A DNA stretch of 63,932 bases, filler included, from Octopus bimaculoides (Eukaryota), in NCBI RefSeq assembly GCF_001194135.2. It is 4 parts of 4 records of this genome, joined end to end, with 100 filler letters (N's around TTAATTAATTAA, not from the genome) between each part and the next. Parts side by side here need not be neighbours in the genome. Positions count along the whole stretch, not along the records: positions 1 to 22,941 come from NC_068983.1; 3 more parts are not named here. One strand, 5' to 3'. The notes under the pieces are model-generated. The model was not told where the DNA came from. It saw only the letters and a program-made list of their open reading frames with translations, and did no database searches. Made by a program: the position numbers and the translations under genes. Positions 1-10,823 of this stretch are shown in pieces (position 1 is the first letter of the stretch; each line of letters starts with the position of its first letter).

Positions 1-297
1 GGACCATGTACTGCAATAGCTTGGGATACAAGGGCACACAGCTATTTAACTCCTTGTCAAAACATCTGAGGGCTCTCCATGGCGTGGGAGTAGATGTTTT
101 CAAGAAACAACTTGACCTCTTACTATCCAAGATCCCAGATGAACTTATATCAAGGCAGGAAACTCAGAAGAGGGCAGCGATATCAAATTCCCGTCTTCAC
201 CAGAAGCCAAACGCATAGAACTGGCCAATTAAAAGGTGATTACAATGGCGGTGTCCCAGCATGGCCACAGCCTCAAGGCTGAAACATATAAAAGAAT
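1..297 (+). mobile_element. 3' end of a CR1/L2-group (Crack/Daphne-like) LINE: RT C-terminus plus 3' tail
   Basis: ORF 6..218 reads G-TQLFNSLSKHLRALHGVGVDVFKKQLDLLLSKIPDE, matching the GPxLFNxLP...FKxxLDxxLxxxPDE terminal motif of CR1-group ORF2. The tail ggcggtgtcccagcatggccacag...ctgaaac...aaaaga follows. Confidence 0.75.
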
Positions 298-348
298 ATA
301 TATGTGTGCGTGTGTGTATATTTATATATGTCCTATATGTTTCTCTTG

Positions 349-481
349 TGTGTTCACATATTTTTCACTCGTTGGTGATGTCCTGTACACAATGTGTATG
401 CTTTTGGTGTTTTGACGTGTACTTATCTCATGTGTTTACATACTTTTCACTCGTTGGCGATGTCCTGTACACAAAGTGTAT
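349..481. repeat. Direct repeat of about 50 bp with 82-bp period (ttttcactcgttggYgatgtcctgtacaca)
   Basis: Copies at 349-399 and 431-481. The related gatgtcctgtac motif recurs at about 6535-6555 inside the Penelope fragment. Confidence 0.7.
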
Positions 482-680
482 TTTTAATTTTATTTATTCA
501 TAACCGAACGCCACACAGCCTTGTCCACAGTAAGTTCTTACTTTTATATATATATATATATATATGTATATATACCGGAGTAAGCACATGAAATGTGCAA
601 CAAGGTGGAAAAAAGAGTACTCAAATACCAGAGGTAGAGTAATATGCTTTATTTAAAACCAGCAGAAATATAACAAAAAA

Positions 681-720
681 ACCGTTACTCTGAGTTTCAC
701 GTTCCCGTTCATCGGACAGT
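681..720 (-). ncRNA. Minimal type-I hammerhead ribozyme motif (copy 1)
   Basis: Minus strand reads ACUGU-CCGAUGA-ACG/GGAA/CGU-GAAA-CUC/A/GAG-UA^ACGGU. Stems I, II and III all pair; the core has a U4C change. Confidence 0.7.
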
Positions 721-726
721 TTTGTT

Positions 727-766
727 ACTGTCCGATGAACGGGAACGTGAAACTCAGAGTAACGGT
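727..766 (+). ncRNA. Minimal type-I hammerhead ribozyme motif (copy 2)
   Basis: actgt ccgatga acg ggaa cgt gaaa ctc a gag ta acggt. Predicted GUA cleavage after 761. Confidence 0.7.
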
Positions 767-1573
767 TTTTTTGTTATATTTCTGCTGCTTTTAAANNNNN
801 NNNNNNNNNNNNNNNNNNNNNNNNNNNNNNNNNNNNNNNNNNNNNNNNNNNNNNNNNNNNNNNNNNNNNNNNNNNNNNNNNNNNNNNNNNNNNNNNNNNN
901 NNNNNNNNNNNNNNNNNNNNNNNNNNNNNNNNNNNNNNNNNNNNNNNNNNNNNNNNNNNNNNNNNNNNNNNNNNNNNNNNNNNNNNNNNNNNNNNNNNNN
1001 NNNNNNNNNNNNNNNNNNNNNNNNNNNNNNNNNNNNNNNNNNNNNNNNNNNNNNNNNNNNNNNNNNNNNNNNNNNNNNNNNNNNNNNNNNNNNNNNNNNN
1101 NNNNNNNNNNNNNNNNNNNNNNNNNNNNNNNNNNNNNNNNNNNNNNNNNNNNNNNNNNNNNNNNNNNNNNNNNNNNNNNNNNNNNNNNNNNNNNNNNNNN
1201 NNNNNNNNNNNNNNNNNNNNNNNNNNNNNNNNNNNNNNNNNNNNNNNNNNNNNNNNNNNNNNNNNNNNNNNNNNNNNNNNNNNNNNNNNNNNNNNNNNNN
1301 NNNNNNNNNNNNNNNNNNNNNNNNNNNNNNNNNNNNNNNNNNNNNNNNNNNNNNNNNNNNNNNNNNNNNNNTATTGCACTTCACCTATTGCAATTTATTA
1401 TTTAAGCTTACATCGATTTCTCCATGGTATTGTTTTGCATTCGTAATAAAATAAATATATACAATTTATAAAACTAATTTTAAAAAAATATACAGTACGA
1501 TACTGTTTCTACTTCATGGATTTTCACCTATCACAGGGGCTTTTGGAACACAACACCTGCGATAGCCAAGGGA

Positions 1574-1620
<47 letters not shown>

Positions 1621-2065
1621 ATATATATATGTATATAGATAGATTGCAAATGGCATTATGAACAGAGTGAATATTCAATAGTCCAAGCAAAGTAAATATT
1701 TATTATAATATTGTAAGTTGACTACTTATTCATTACTTCAAGTTTGTGTTGAACTGTTATCATCTGATGGAATATCTAACATTAGATATAGCATTGACTT
1801 CCAAACTTTTTTTAATCCACAGCACACATGCAAGGTGCTAGAAGTGTTATGGTACATCATCAGCTTTGCAAAGTTTTATTTGAAATATATAAATAAAACA
1901 AGTATTATAATTATTTTAAAACTGAGATGGACATACACATTACATTTTACTACAATGAAATATATATGTATGAGCATGGTGTATTAGAAATGCTCAGTAT
2001 TTTTCAATTCTCCTAAAAACTCACAGCAACATCTGCAGATCGTTTGTTATATACACATAGTGCCA

Positions 2066-2611
2066 CACCCTAACAGTTGAGGGAACCCGTGGAAGAGGTA
2101 GGCCCAGGAAGACCTGGGCTGAGGTGGTGAGGCAAGACCTTCGTACATTGGGCCTCACCGAGGCGATGACTACGGACCGAGACCTTTGGAAATGGGCTGT
2201 GCGTGAGAAGACCCGGCAAGCCAAGTAAGATCGTTGCCAGTGCCCCTGGACTGGTTCTTGTGCGGGTGGCACATGAGATGCACCATTTTGAGCGTGGCCG
2301 TTGCCAGTACCGCCTGACTGGCTCCTGTAGGATTTTCGAGCGAGATCGTTGCCAGTGCCCCTGGACTGGCTTGTGCGGGTGGCACATAAAAGACACCATT
2401 TCGAGCGTGGCCGTTTTCGTGCGGGTGACACGTAAAAGCACCCACTACACTCTCGGAGTGGTTGGCGTTAGGAAGGGCATCCAGCTGTAGAAACTCTGCC
2501 AAATCAGACTGGAGCCTGGTGTTGCCATCCGGTTTCACCAGTCCTCAGTCAAATCGTCCAACCCATGCTAGCATGGAAAGCGGACGTTAAACGATGATGA
2601 TGATGATGATG
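2066..2611 (+). mobile_element. 5'-truncated RTE-clade LINE 3' end with long 3' UTR and (GAT)n tail
   Basis: Translates TLTVEGTRGRGRPRKTWAEVVRQDLRTLGLTEAMTTDRDLWKWAVREKTRQAK*. The 3' UTR has internal repeats of about 60 bp and ends cgttaaacgatgatgatgatg. Confidence 0.85.
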
Positions 2612-5443
2612 ACATACAGAGGTCGAAAACATCTGAGATTATATCTTAGTTGATATGCCATTTAATGATTGCCATCCAGAATGAAACTGTAAGTAATGAA
2701 AAAATTATAATATAATGTACACACACATGTACACAAGCATATACTGACATTGACAAATGCCAGAGATATTCACCACTACCACCACTGTCACATCTTTAAA
2801 CAATTTCCAACACTACTTGCATTGCTGCTACCACCTCTACCACCCAAATAACCACTATATACCAAACAAACAAGGCTTCTGTTTAGAAAATGAAAAGAAA
2901 CCTTGTAGATATATATCCTTTCATTGCATTGCAGATTTTTATCAACCAAACCTCAAAACATAAAATATAATATCTACAAACAAAATGCAAATACAAAAAT
3001 GAAGGGAAAAAAATGATCTTATTTAAAAACTCAATCTTAGTGATGAATCTTATCTCACATTACCCTACCACAAACACTCACCTCTGGTCTCTCTGCATCA
3101 CTCTCTACCTTGTGTGGACACTTATGAATAAACAAAGCCTAAAGTCACTTGTTTCCATATGTGGTGGTTATTTTGTTTGTTGTTTTTGAAATGAATACAT
3201 AGAACAACTATTTGTTATAACTTTATTACTCATAGTAGTAGTATCAGAAAGGGAAGATTTGACATAAATGGTAGCAGCCTGGTCAGAATGAATGCTTCAC
3301 AGTGTGTACTACATCCCTTCACATTCTAAGTTCAAATACTTCTAGGATCTATTGACTTTGCTTTTTGACAATTCCCACACCCACTAACAGATTTGTCCTT
3401 TTATGCCAATCATCATTATTAGATTTAGGATTTTAAAATATTCTGGGTGTTTACCTTCAACAATGAGTTAGTGTTGCTTAAGCCTCAAGTCAACTCTATC
3501 AAGCAGACTTATGATCAGAAGTATTCCATTTATTACTCACAGCCCATTTCTTTTAGGCTCAACATATCTAGGAGTACATTATCCAATGAAGTCCTCCTAT
3601 AAGACAGTCGAGGTGATCTAAGTGAGATATGGCAACTAAGCAGCAAACTGAGTGACTGCATAATGATTTAAATTAAGGGGAAAGTAGAGAACCAAACCAA
3701 ATGCCTTATTCAGTGTTCAACTGTATTCAACTTATGTTAGTGCTAATTTTACTATTCATTCGTCTGCAGGTAGTTAGTCTGTTTCACTGAAAACAAACCA
3801 TTGTAATATACAGTTAACTACTGTATCCAATCCATCTATATGCAAACAAGTCCCATTGCTCACCCTGATCCAAGGGAGATGAGCTTATATCACATGCATA
3901 TAAAAAGTGACATAGATTTTTAAGTGGCATGCAATAGATATAGAAAAAAATCTCCCTGCAATATCATGCCACAAAAAAAAAAAAACTTATATAATAAGTG
4001 TTTTCCTAAAACTGAAGTGACCCACCAATAACATGCTTAACAAGGCAAATAAAATTTCAACAAGCTCAAGTAAAAAATAGTTCACCATCACTACCTTTGT
4101 CTAGCTGTAAAAAGCTACCACTGGAATATCATCAGTATACCCAGTTGAACTGCAAACAAAGGTAGAGTTAACTATGGTCCTGCTTATAGCTAGCTGCTAC
4201 ATAAGTGAACTGAACTAATGAAAATGAAATGTTTTGGCCATGGACACAATACAATAACTATAACAGAATATAACAAATGTCCCATTGGATATTAGTCTGG
4301 TATCTTATTGACAGAGTAGCCATCATATAATTCTCTAATGAATGAACTGCTAAGATTTCTATGTAAAATCATATTAGACATTATAAGCACTGAGATACAA
4401 AAGAATATGAACTCAATATGAACTACAAAATGAGTAAGAGAGAAGAATCAGAGGCTTTGATAATCTTTTCTATGTCAATTAGTAGTTATAATGTGTAATA
4501 TTTTAAATAAAATATTTAACTAAAAGTCAAATAGAAAAATAAATACCATATTTATGTGTCATTCATGTGTTATTATTCTAACTTTTTGACAAATTCTTTC
4601 TTGGGGATACATATAATAGTATAATAGTTGAACTCCAAACTGATTGTGGTCCACTAGAATCGGCTGTTTCAACAATGGAGCTATAATCATGAATGATGAC
4701 AATGATGTCAACAATGATAATAATGTAGATGATAATATTGTGGATAAAACTAATGATGGTAATAATCCTTTCTACTATATGCACAAAGGAGGAGGTTAGT
4801 TGATTACATTAATCAACTAACTGGTACTTATTTCATCGACTTTGAAAAGATGAAAGGTGAAATCAACTTCCGCAGAATTTGAACTCACAAATGATAATAA
4901 TAATGACTGCATACAATGAATACATGACCATACTATAGAATTCAATAGGGAGCAGAAATTAATAACTTTAGACATCTTAACAATTTGTTTAACTACAAAA
5001 TATGAAGAGAAAAATATTCTAATAAAAAATAAAAATTAGAACAAAGAAAAGTATTCATAGAAAATTCTAGATGAGAGAGAAAATTCTTGTACCATAGTTA
5101 CTTTTAATAACTGAAATACTGAAGTTAAAAAACAAAAAAGGTTAAGGAAATCTTGAAGATAATTTTATATGAAGGAATTAATTTTTATGAATAATTTTAT
5201 ATGAAGGAAAAAAACTGCAGAATTATTCATGAAGTCTTGAATGAAAGTAACAAATTTGACACAGTAGTAGGAAAAGATAAATACCAACAAATACTAAATA
5301 ATAATGAACTAGATATAATCAATAAGATTAGTTTGAATTGCATAGGATATAGAACTTAGGTATACTTAGGTATTTATCTGGATGCTGATTTTTACTTCTG
5401 TCCTCTTATTCATCAAAACTAGGATGAGCTAACAAAAAGGAGT

Positions 5444-5504
5444 CTAAAGATGATTGAGTGATTTGTTAGAAATAGCAATGAAATTTCCATCATATCTAAC
5501 ATTA
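5444..5504 (-). CDS. Candidate terminal coding exon of the signal-peptide gene
   Basis: Strong acceptor tttcttgtgtttgtttctag; phase-2 reading (D)NVRYDGNFIAISNKSLNHL*. No homology recognised. Confidence 0.2.
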
Positions 5505-5995
5505 CTAGAAACAAACACAAGAAAGTCACTGTTAAAATGTCCTTGATCATATGTCTACCATATGAGAACCTCAAGTGTGTGTTAAACAGCATGTTTAAGC
5601 ACAATCGCAGCATGTTAAAGCACAATCGCAGCATGTTAAATTATTTTACTCAGGGTATGAATTTTGACTACAACAGAAATCTACATACACTGACTTTTCA
5701 ATCCCTGCCTTATCTTTTCTTGAGTCGCTCTTCATACACTTACGCTATAACCACAAGTCAATCTACCACACCAGTTCACTTCTGCCTCTACCATGTACAG
5801 ACCAAGTTTACTTCCATGTCTCTGCTGCCAATTTCACCACAAGAATTTACCACTGGATTTTACTACACCATCTTGGAACTCTTCTTTCACATAATGTTTT
5901 ATTTTGTCAATAATGCATTTTAAAAAATAAAACTTTGCTTTCACCTTTCACACATGCAACAAACAATTTGCAGTAATCCTGTAACCTTCACTTAC

Positions 5996-6059
5996 TCTTG
6001 ACTTGTGCTTCTTTTCTTCTTATTTGAATTATATTTCTTTCTTTCATTGTTCATTTTTC
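5996..6059 (-). CDS. Candidate internal exon of the signal-peptide gene (basic, KKKR)
   Basis: Acceptor ...tactagtccatcag and donor AGA|gtaagt. Phase-1 reading (G)KMNNERKKYNSNKKKRSTSQ is open across all 64 nt. Confidence 0.3.
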
Positions 6060-6100
6060 CTGATGGACTAGTAACCAAAACATAAAATTACATACATACA

Positions 6101-6320
6101 GGCATGGCTTCCTTCCCAAAAGAGTGAGGATATAGTAGAAGACAGTGGCACCTTCAGCATGTGTCTTCTACTATAGCCTCAAGCTGAAAAAAGCCTGGTA
6201 AGTGGATTTGGTTGATGAAATCTGAAAGCCCATCATATATATGTGTCTGTGTGATTTTGTTTTTCCCCACCATTGACAAATGGTGTTGGTATCTTTATGT
6301 CTCCATAACTTAGCATTGTA
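6101..6320 (+). mobile_element. Degraded tRNA-derived SINE (family B)
   Basis: Shares gtggcacctt...gtgtcttctactatagcctc...gagtggatttgg...ggtgttggtatctttatgtctccataacttagc with the fuller copies at 8365 and 9058. Confidence 0.65.
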
Positions 6321-6339
6321 GGCTGTTACCTACTTAACA

Positions 6340-6579
6340 GTCTCCAGGAACAATTCCCTAACATCTCTGGGGATCTGTTCGCTATCCAAAATTCTAGCAA
6401 CTGGAAAATCAAACAGATTAGAAAAAAAGATTAAGAATTTTTTTTTAAATGTCGGCCTTAGCATATACTTCTGTAACGACCTTAAAACCACTAATTTCTT
6501 AGGCGTAACTCTGGACCTACAAAACATATTTCATGTTGTTGATGTCCTGTACCCATATATGCATGTGTGTGTGTGTGTG

Positions 6580-6653
<74 letters not shown>

Positions 6654-6910
6654 TATATACGCATAAGCCCAATGATAGACTTAGTTATATCATTTAGTTA
6701 AAAACATTAGTAAAAGAATATCTAGCCTCTCCTCTAATAGGGACATTTTTAAAAGCATCGCTCCAGTATATAATAAGGCTCTAAAAGATAGTGGTTTTAA
6801 CAAGGAAATAACCTATACACCTGCCACCAGCCCAGTAATAAAGAAAAGAAAGCATAGGAATAGGAAAACTATCTGGTTCACACACCCCTACTCACCCGAA
6901 GTGACCTTTA
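6340..6910 (+). mobile_element. Penelope-like element RT fragment interrupted by a microsatellite-bearing insert
   Basis: Frames read [41 protein letters not shown] and ISKRISSLSSNRDIFKSIAPVYNKALKDSGFNKEITY...RNRKTIWFTHPYS, matching the PLE NFLDVTL and IWFNPPYS motifs. Confidence 0.8.
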
Positions 6911-7010
6911 ATATTTTTCTGAATCTTCCTGATTCTTTTAATGTGCTGGTTTCCTGGTATTAAATTGATATTAATTAATATCCAATTTTTTACCCTATTC
7001 TTTAATTATA

Positions 7011-7048
<38 letters not shown>

Positions 7049-7476
7049 NNNNNNNNNNNNNNNNNNNNNNNNNNNNNNNNNNNNNNNNNNNNNNNNNNNN
7101 NNNNNNNNNNNNNNNNNNNNNNNNNNNNNNNNNNNNNNNNNNNNNNNNNNNNNNNNNNNNNNNNNNNNNNNNNNNNNNNNNNNNNNNNNNNNNNNNNNNN
7201 NNNNNNNNNNNNNNNNNNNNNNNNNNNNNNNNNNNNNNNNNNNNNNNNNNNNNNNNNNNNNNNNNNNNNNNNNNNNNNNNNNNNNNNNNNNNNNNNNNNN
7301 NNNNNNNNNNNNNNNNNNNNNNNNNNNNNNNNNNNNNNNNNNNNNNNNNNNNNNNNNNNNNNNNNNNNNNNNNNNNNNNNNNNNNNNNNNNNNNNNNNNN
7401 NNNNNNNNNNNNNNNNNNNNNNNNNNNNNNNNNNNNNNNNNNNNNNNNNNNNNNNNNNNNNNNNNNNNNNNNNNNN

Positions 7477-8264
7477 GATGCTGGGCACAGGTGCCATTGA
7501 CAGTTTCGCTTTCGCTTGCCCCAATAGGTCTTCGCAAGCCGAGTTTCGTTTCCAATGAAGGAGACAACGTTGGCATGCATGCCAGTCGTCGAATAATATA
7601 TATATATAGAATAAAAAGTTTTGGATGGTACAACAATGCACTATAATACAAAAAATGGACTATATACTTGTTGTAATTTAGTTATCTATGGTTCGATGAT
7701 ATTTCGGAATACAATTCCTTCTTCAGATCTTCTTAGATGGAGTCTCTGCTATAAACTGTTTACTAACAGCTTTTCTTTTTTTTTTCTGGAAGTGTCTCAG
7801 TAGTGGTCTCACGAAGCTCCTTCCAGAATTCCTCATGAGAAGTGCGTGAGGTCGGCTATGTTTCAATCTCGTGTGTGTTGGAATATCTGTAGCGCTGCTT
7901 CTAATTTATGTGTTATACGTGCAAGCTAAATAATATATTGATTACCAATCTCCAGCCTATTGTTGATTCGGGGTCCTAGTCTGTGTATGAGCAATGCTTC
8001 CTTAATTCTTAAATTACACAAATTTCTTTCATTGTCCTCAATTGTGACTGTTATGCTTTTGTCAGTGTTCCGGCATCTGTCTAGATGTTCTTTGATGCGG
8101 ACGTGTAACAGTCTTGTTGTGCTACCCACATAGAACCTGTTGCATTTGTTACATTGTATTTTATACACAGCATTTACCTGTGGGCATAAATCTGTGTCAC
8201 GGATGGGACAATTTGCGTCCAGTAACACAATATCTGTATCACGTCCTCGCGTTGTTGTTTCTTG
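7477..8264 (-). mobile_element. Penelope-like element 3' end: GIY-YIG endonuclease plus downstream pseudo-LTR
   Basis: 7926-8260 minus reads NAVYKIQCNKCNRFYVGSTTRLLHVRIKEH...LRIKEALLIHRLGPRIN, a PLE GIY-YIG domain. A hammerhead motif lies downstream at 7695-7729. Confidence 0.85.
7695..7729 (-). ncRNA. Minimal type-I hammerhead ribozyme motif with canonical core
   Basis: Minus strand reads GAU-CUGAAGA-A-GGAAU/UGU/AUUCC-GAAA-UAUC^AUC. Stem II is 5 bp, stem III is the palindromic AUAU, stem I is only 3 bp. Confidence 0.7.
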
Positions 8265-8364
8265 NNNNNNNNNNNNNNNNNNNNNNNNNNNNNNNNNNNN
8301 NNNNNNNNNNNNNNNNNNNNNNNNNNNNNNNNNNNNNNNNNNNNNNNNNNNNNNNNNNNNNNNN

Positions 8365-8481
8365 TCAGTCCCACTGTGTGGCACCTTGGGCAAGTGTCTT
8401 CTGCTATAGCCTCAATCTGACCAATGCTGAGTGAATTTGGTTGACGGAAACTGAAAGAAACCCATCGCATGTATATATGTA

Positions 8482-8519
<38 letters not shown>

Positions 8520-8725
8520 TGTGTATGTCTCTGTGTTTGTCCCCCCACCATCGCTTAACAACCGATGCTGGTATGTTTATGCCCGCTGTAATTTATCAGT
8601 TAGACATAAGTGACCGATAGAATAAGTACTAGGCTTACAAAGAATAAGTTATGGGTTTGATTCGTTCGACTAAAGGCTGTGTTCCAGCATGGCCGCAGTT
8701 AAATGACTGAAACAAGAATAAAACA
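8365..8725 (+). mobile_element. tRNA-derived SINE (family B), head lost in the gap
   Basis: cagtcccactgtgtggcaccttgggcaagtgtcttc, an internal (TG)n, and the tail ttccagcatggccgcagttaaatgactgaaacaag. Confidence 0.85.
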
Positions 8726-8732
8726 GTGTGTG

Positions 8733-8766
<34 letters not shown>

Positions 8767-8767
<1 letters not shown>

Positions 8768-8911
8768 GAAGAATTCACAAAAAAACAAAGGACGAAGACA
8801 GGTGGTGTAGAAAACAAACAGATGTATTAGTATAACGCTCGGGAAGTGAAAAAATCTTTAACGTTTCGAGCCTACGCTCTTCCACAGAAAGGAACACATA
8901 AAGAAACACAA
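8767..8911 (-). mobile_element. Short hammerhead-bearing element inserted between two (TA)n tracts
   Basis: About 145-bp non-microsatellite island flanked by (TA)n on both sides; contains the motif at 8856-8891. Confidence 0.6.
8856..8891 (-). ncRNA. Variant minimal hammerhead ribozyme motif
   Basis: Minus strand reads CUUU-CUGUGGA-A-GAGC/GUAG/GCUC-GAAA-CGUU^AAAG. All stems pair; the core has A6U and a GUU triplet. Confidence 0.55.
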
Positions 8912-8932
8912 TATATATATGTATATATATAC

Positions 8933-9475
<543 letters not shown>

Positions 9476-9964
9476 TATCGTACCTTTATGTGTGTGTGTG
9501 TGTGTGCGCGCCCCACTGGAGAGAAATATGAGGAACGAAGTGTATAAATGTTAAAGAAAATAATTGTTGTTGCTCTTATAGAGAGAAAGGTAATTTCTAC
9601 TTGCAGATACTGGTATTGCTTACGTTTAAGGATTACTTGTGGTGGTTGACCAGACAACAAATTACACTGGGATCAAGTCCACTCTGGGGAAGTAATTATA
9701 GTATTTGTTTTTGCATCTCCTTTTTTTGTTTTTATTGATTATGAAGCTACGTAGAGAACAGAAAAAGAATGTATGGATAGATACTTATGTGTGCGGTTAT
9801 CTATAATCAGGGTTGATTTTGAACTAACTTTATATTTTGTGTACTCACTGATGCTTTTATTTAAGGTTATGCGAGTGAGTACCTGGTGAAAAATTTGCAT
9901 TTGCAAGTGTATCAAATATTAACATAATACACACGCATTCATATATATAAAGTATATAAAACAC

Positions 9965-10000
9965 CTGAATTTGTATAATAACCAATAGTTTCTTCGGTAC
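9965..10000 (-). CDS. Candidate 36-nt phase-1/1 exon 2 of the signal-peptide gene
   Basis: Acceptor ttttttctgatgtag and donor CAG|gtgttt. Reads (G)TEETIGYYTNS(G), in phase with exon 1. Confidence 0.4.
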
Positions 10001-10750
10001 CTACATCAGAAAAAACCTCCATGTATACATTCTCAAACCACTCTCCCCCATCCGCATATATATATATATATATATATACGATGCCACTATAAAGGCAGAA
10101 GTGAGGGGAAAATAAGAGCAGTAGTAGAAGATGGAGGTATGTCATTTAGTATTTTCTTCTGAGGTAGTAGGGTTCTGGTGATTTGTGTTTAGTGTAATTA
10201 TATGTAAACTTGATGGCTTTTTGTAAGGTTATATCGGTCGTAGTGTAGTTACTGTTTGGGGTAAAGGTAGTAAATGAAGTGAATGACAACGGTTAAAGAT
10301 GATTATGATGAGAACGTTGTGATAGTGATCAATATAGCATGGTGAAATGGGGGCAGCAGTATCAACAATAATGGTTTCTGATTCAGACACAAAGCCAGCA
10401 ATATTGAGGAGAGGGTCTTAGTTGAAATCATCGACCCCTGTACTTGACTGATGCTTTATTTTATCGAACCCGAAAGGAAGAAAGATAAAAGTTGACCTCA
10501 GTGGAATTTGAACTCAGATCAAAAAGACCTCATTGACAACAATAATGGAAAGGATATAATGCTTAATGATGGTAGTGGAAGTAGTTGTACTGGTTGTGAT
10601 GATGAATGAAGTAGTCATGATCGCGCGGACGAACGCAAAGACAAGCGAATGGCGAATCAACTGAATATATTAGTTATGAATGTGTTGGACACTTGTATGT
10701 TTGTATTAGTATAATAAATATGTGAGTGTACTTGGTTTGTATTACCTTAC

Positions 10751-10823
10751 CTTGAACAGTGTGTCCTATGAGTGACAGGCACAATACACATGGTAACAAG
10801 AGCCAGTAACGGTACTTCCACAT
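10751..10823 (-). CDS. First coding exon of an unidentified secreted or membrane protein (signal peptide)
   Basis: gccATG context; encodes MWKYRYWLLLPCVLCLSLIGHTVQ-G (basic n-region, hydrophobic h-region, small-residue c-region). Ends at a strong phase-1 donor AAG|gtaagg. A non-repetitive leader lies upstream (10824 to about 11050). Confidence 0.6.

Larger units (their letters stand above)
576..795. mobile_element. Head-to-head inverted pair of a short hammerhead-containing (Penelope pseudo-LTR-like) element next to (TA)n
   Basis: 651-720 and 727-795 are near-perfect reverse complements around a 6-nt spacer. The left unit reads, on the minus strand, hammerhead, AATAAA, then (TA)n. The right unit runs into the gap. 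Confidence 0.75.

Noticed and set aside
722-1405. Long ORFs spanning N runs (also near 7000, 28900, 45200 and 48700)
   Set aside because: Open only because N codons are not stops.
5743-5944. Long minus-strand frame with a single TGA ending at a gtaagt donor (possible selenocysteine)
   Set aside because: No selenoprotein similarity, weak acceptors, phase incompatible with neighbouring candidates, and no SECIS found.
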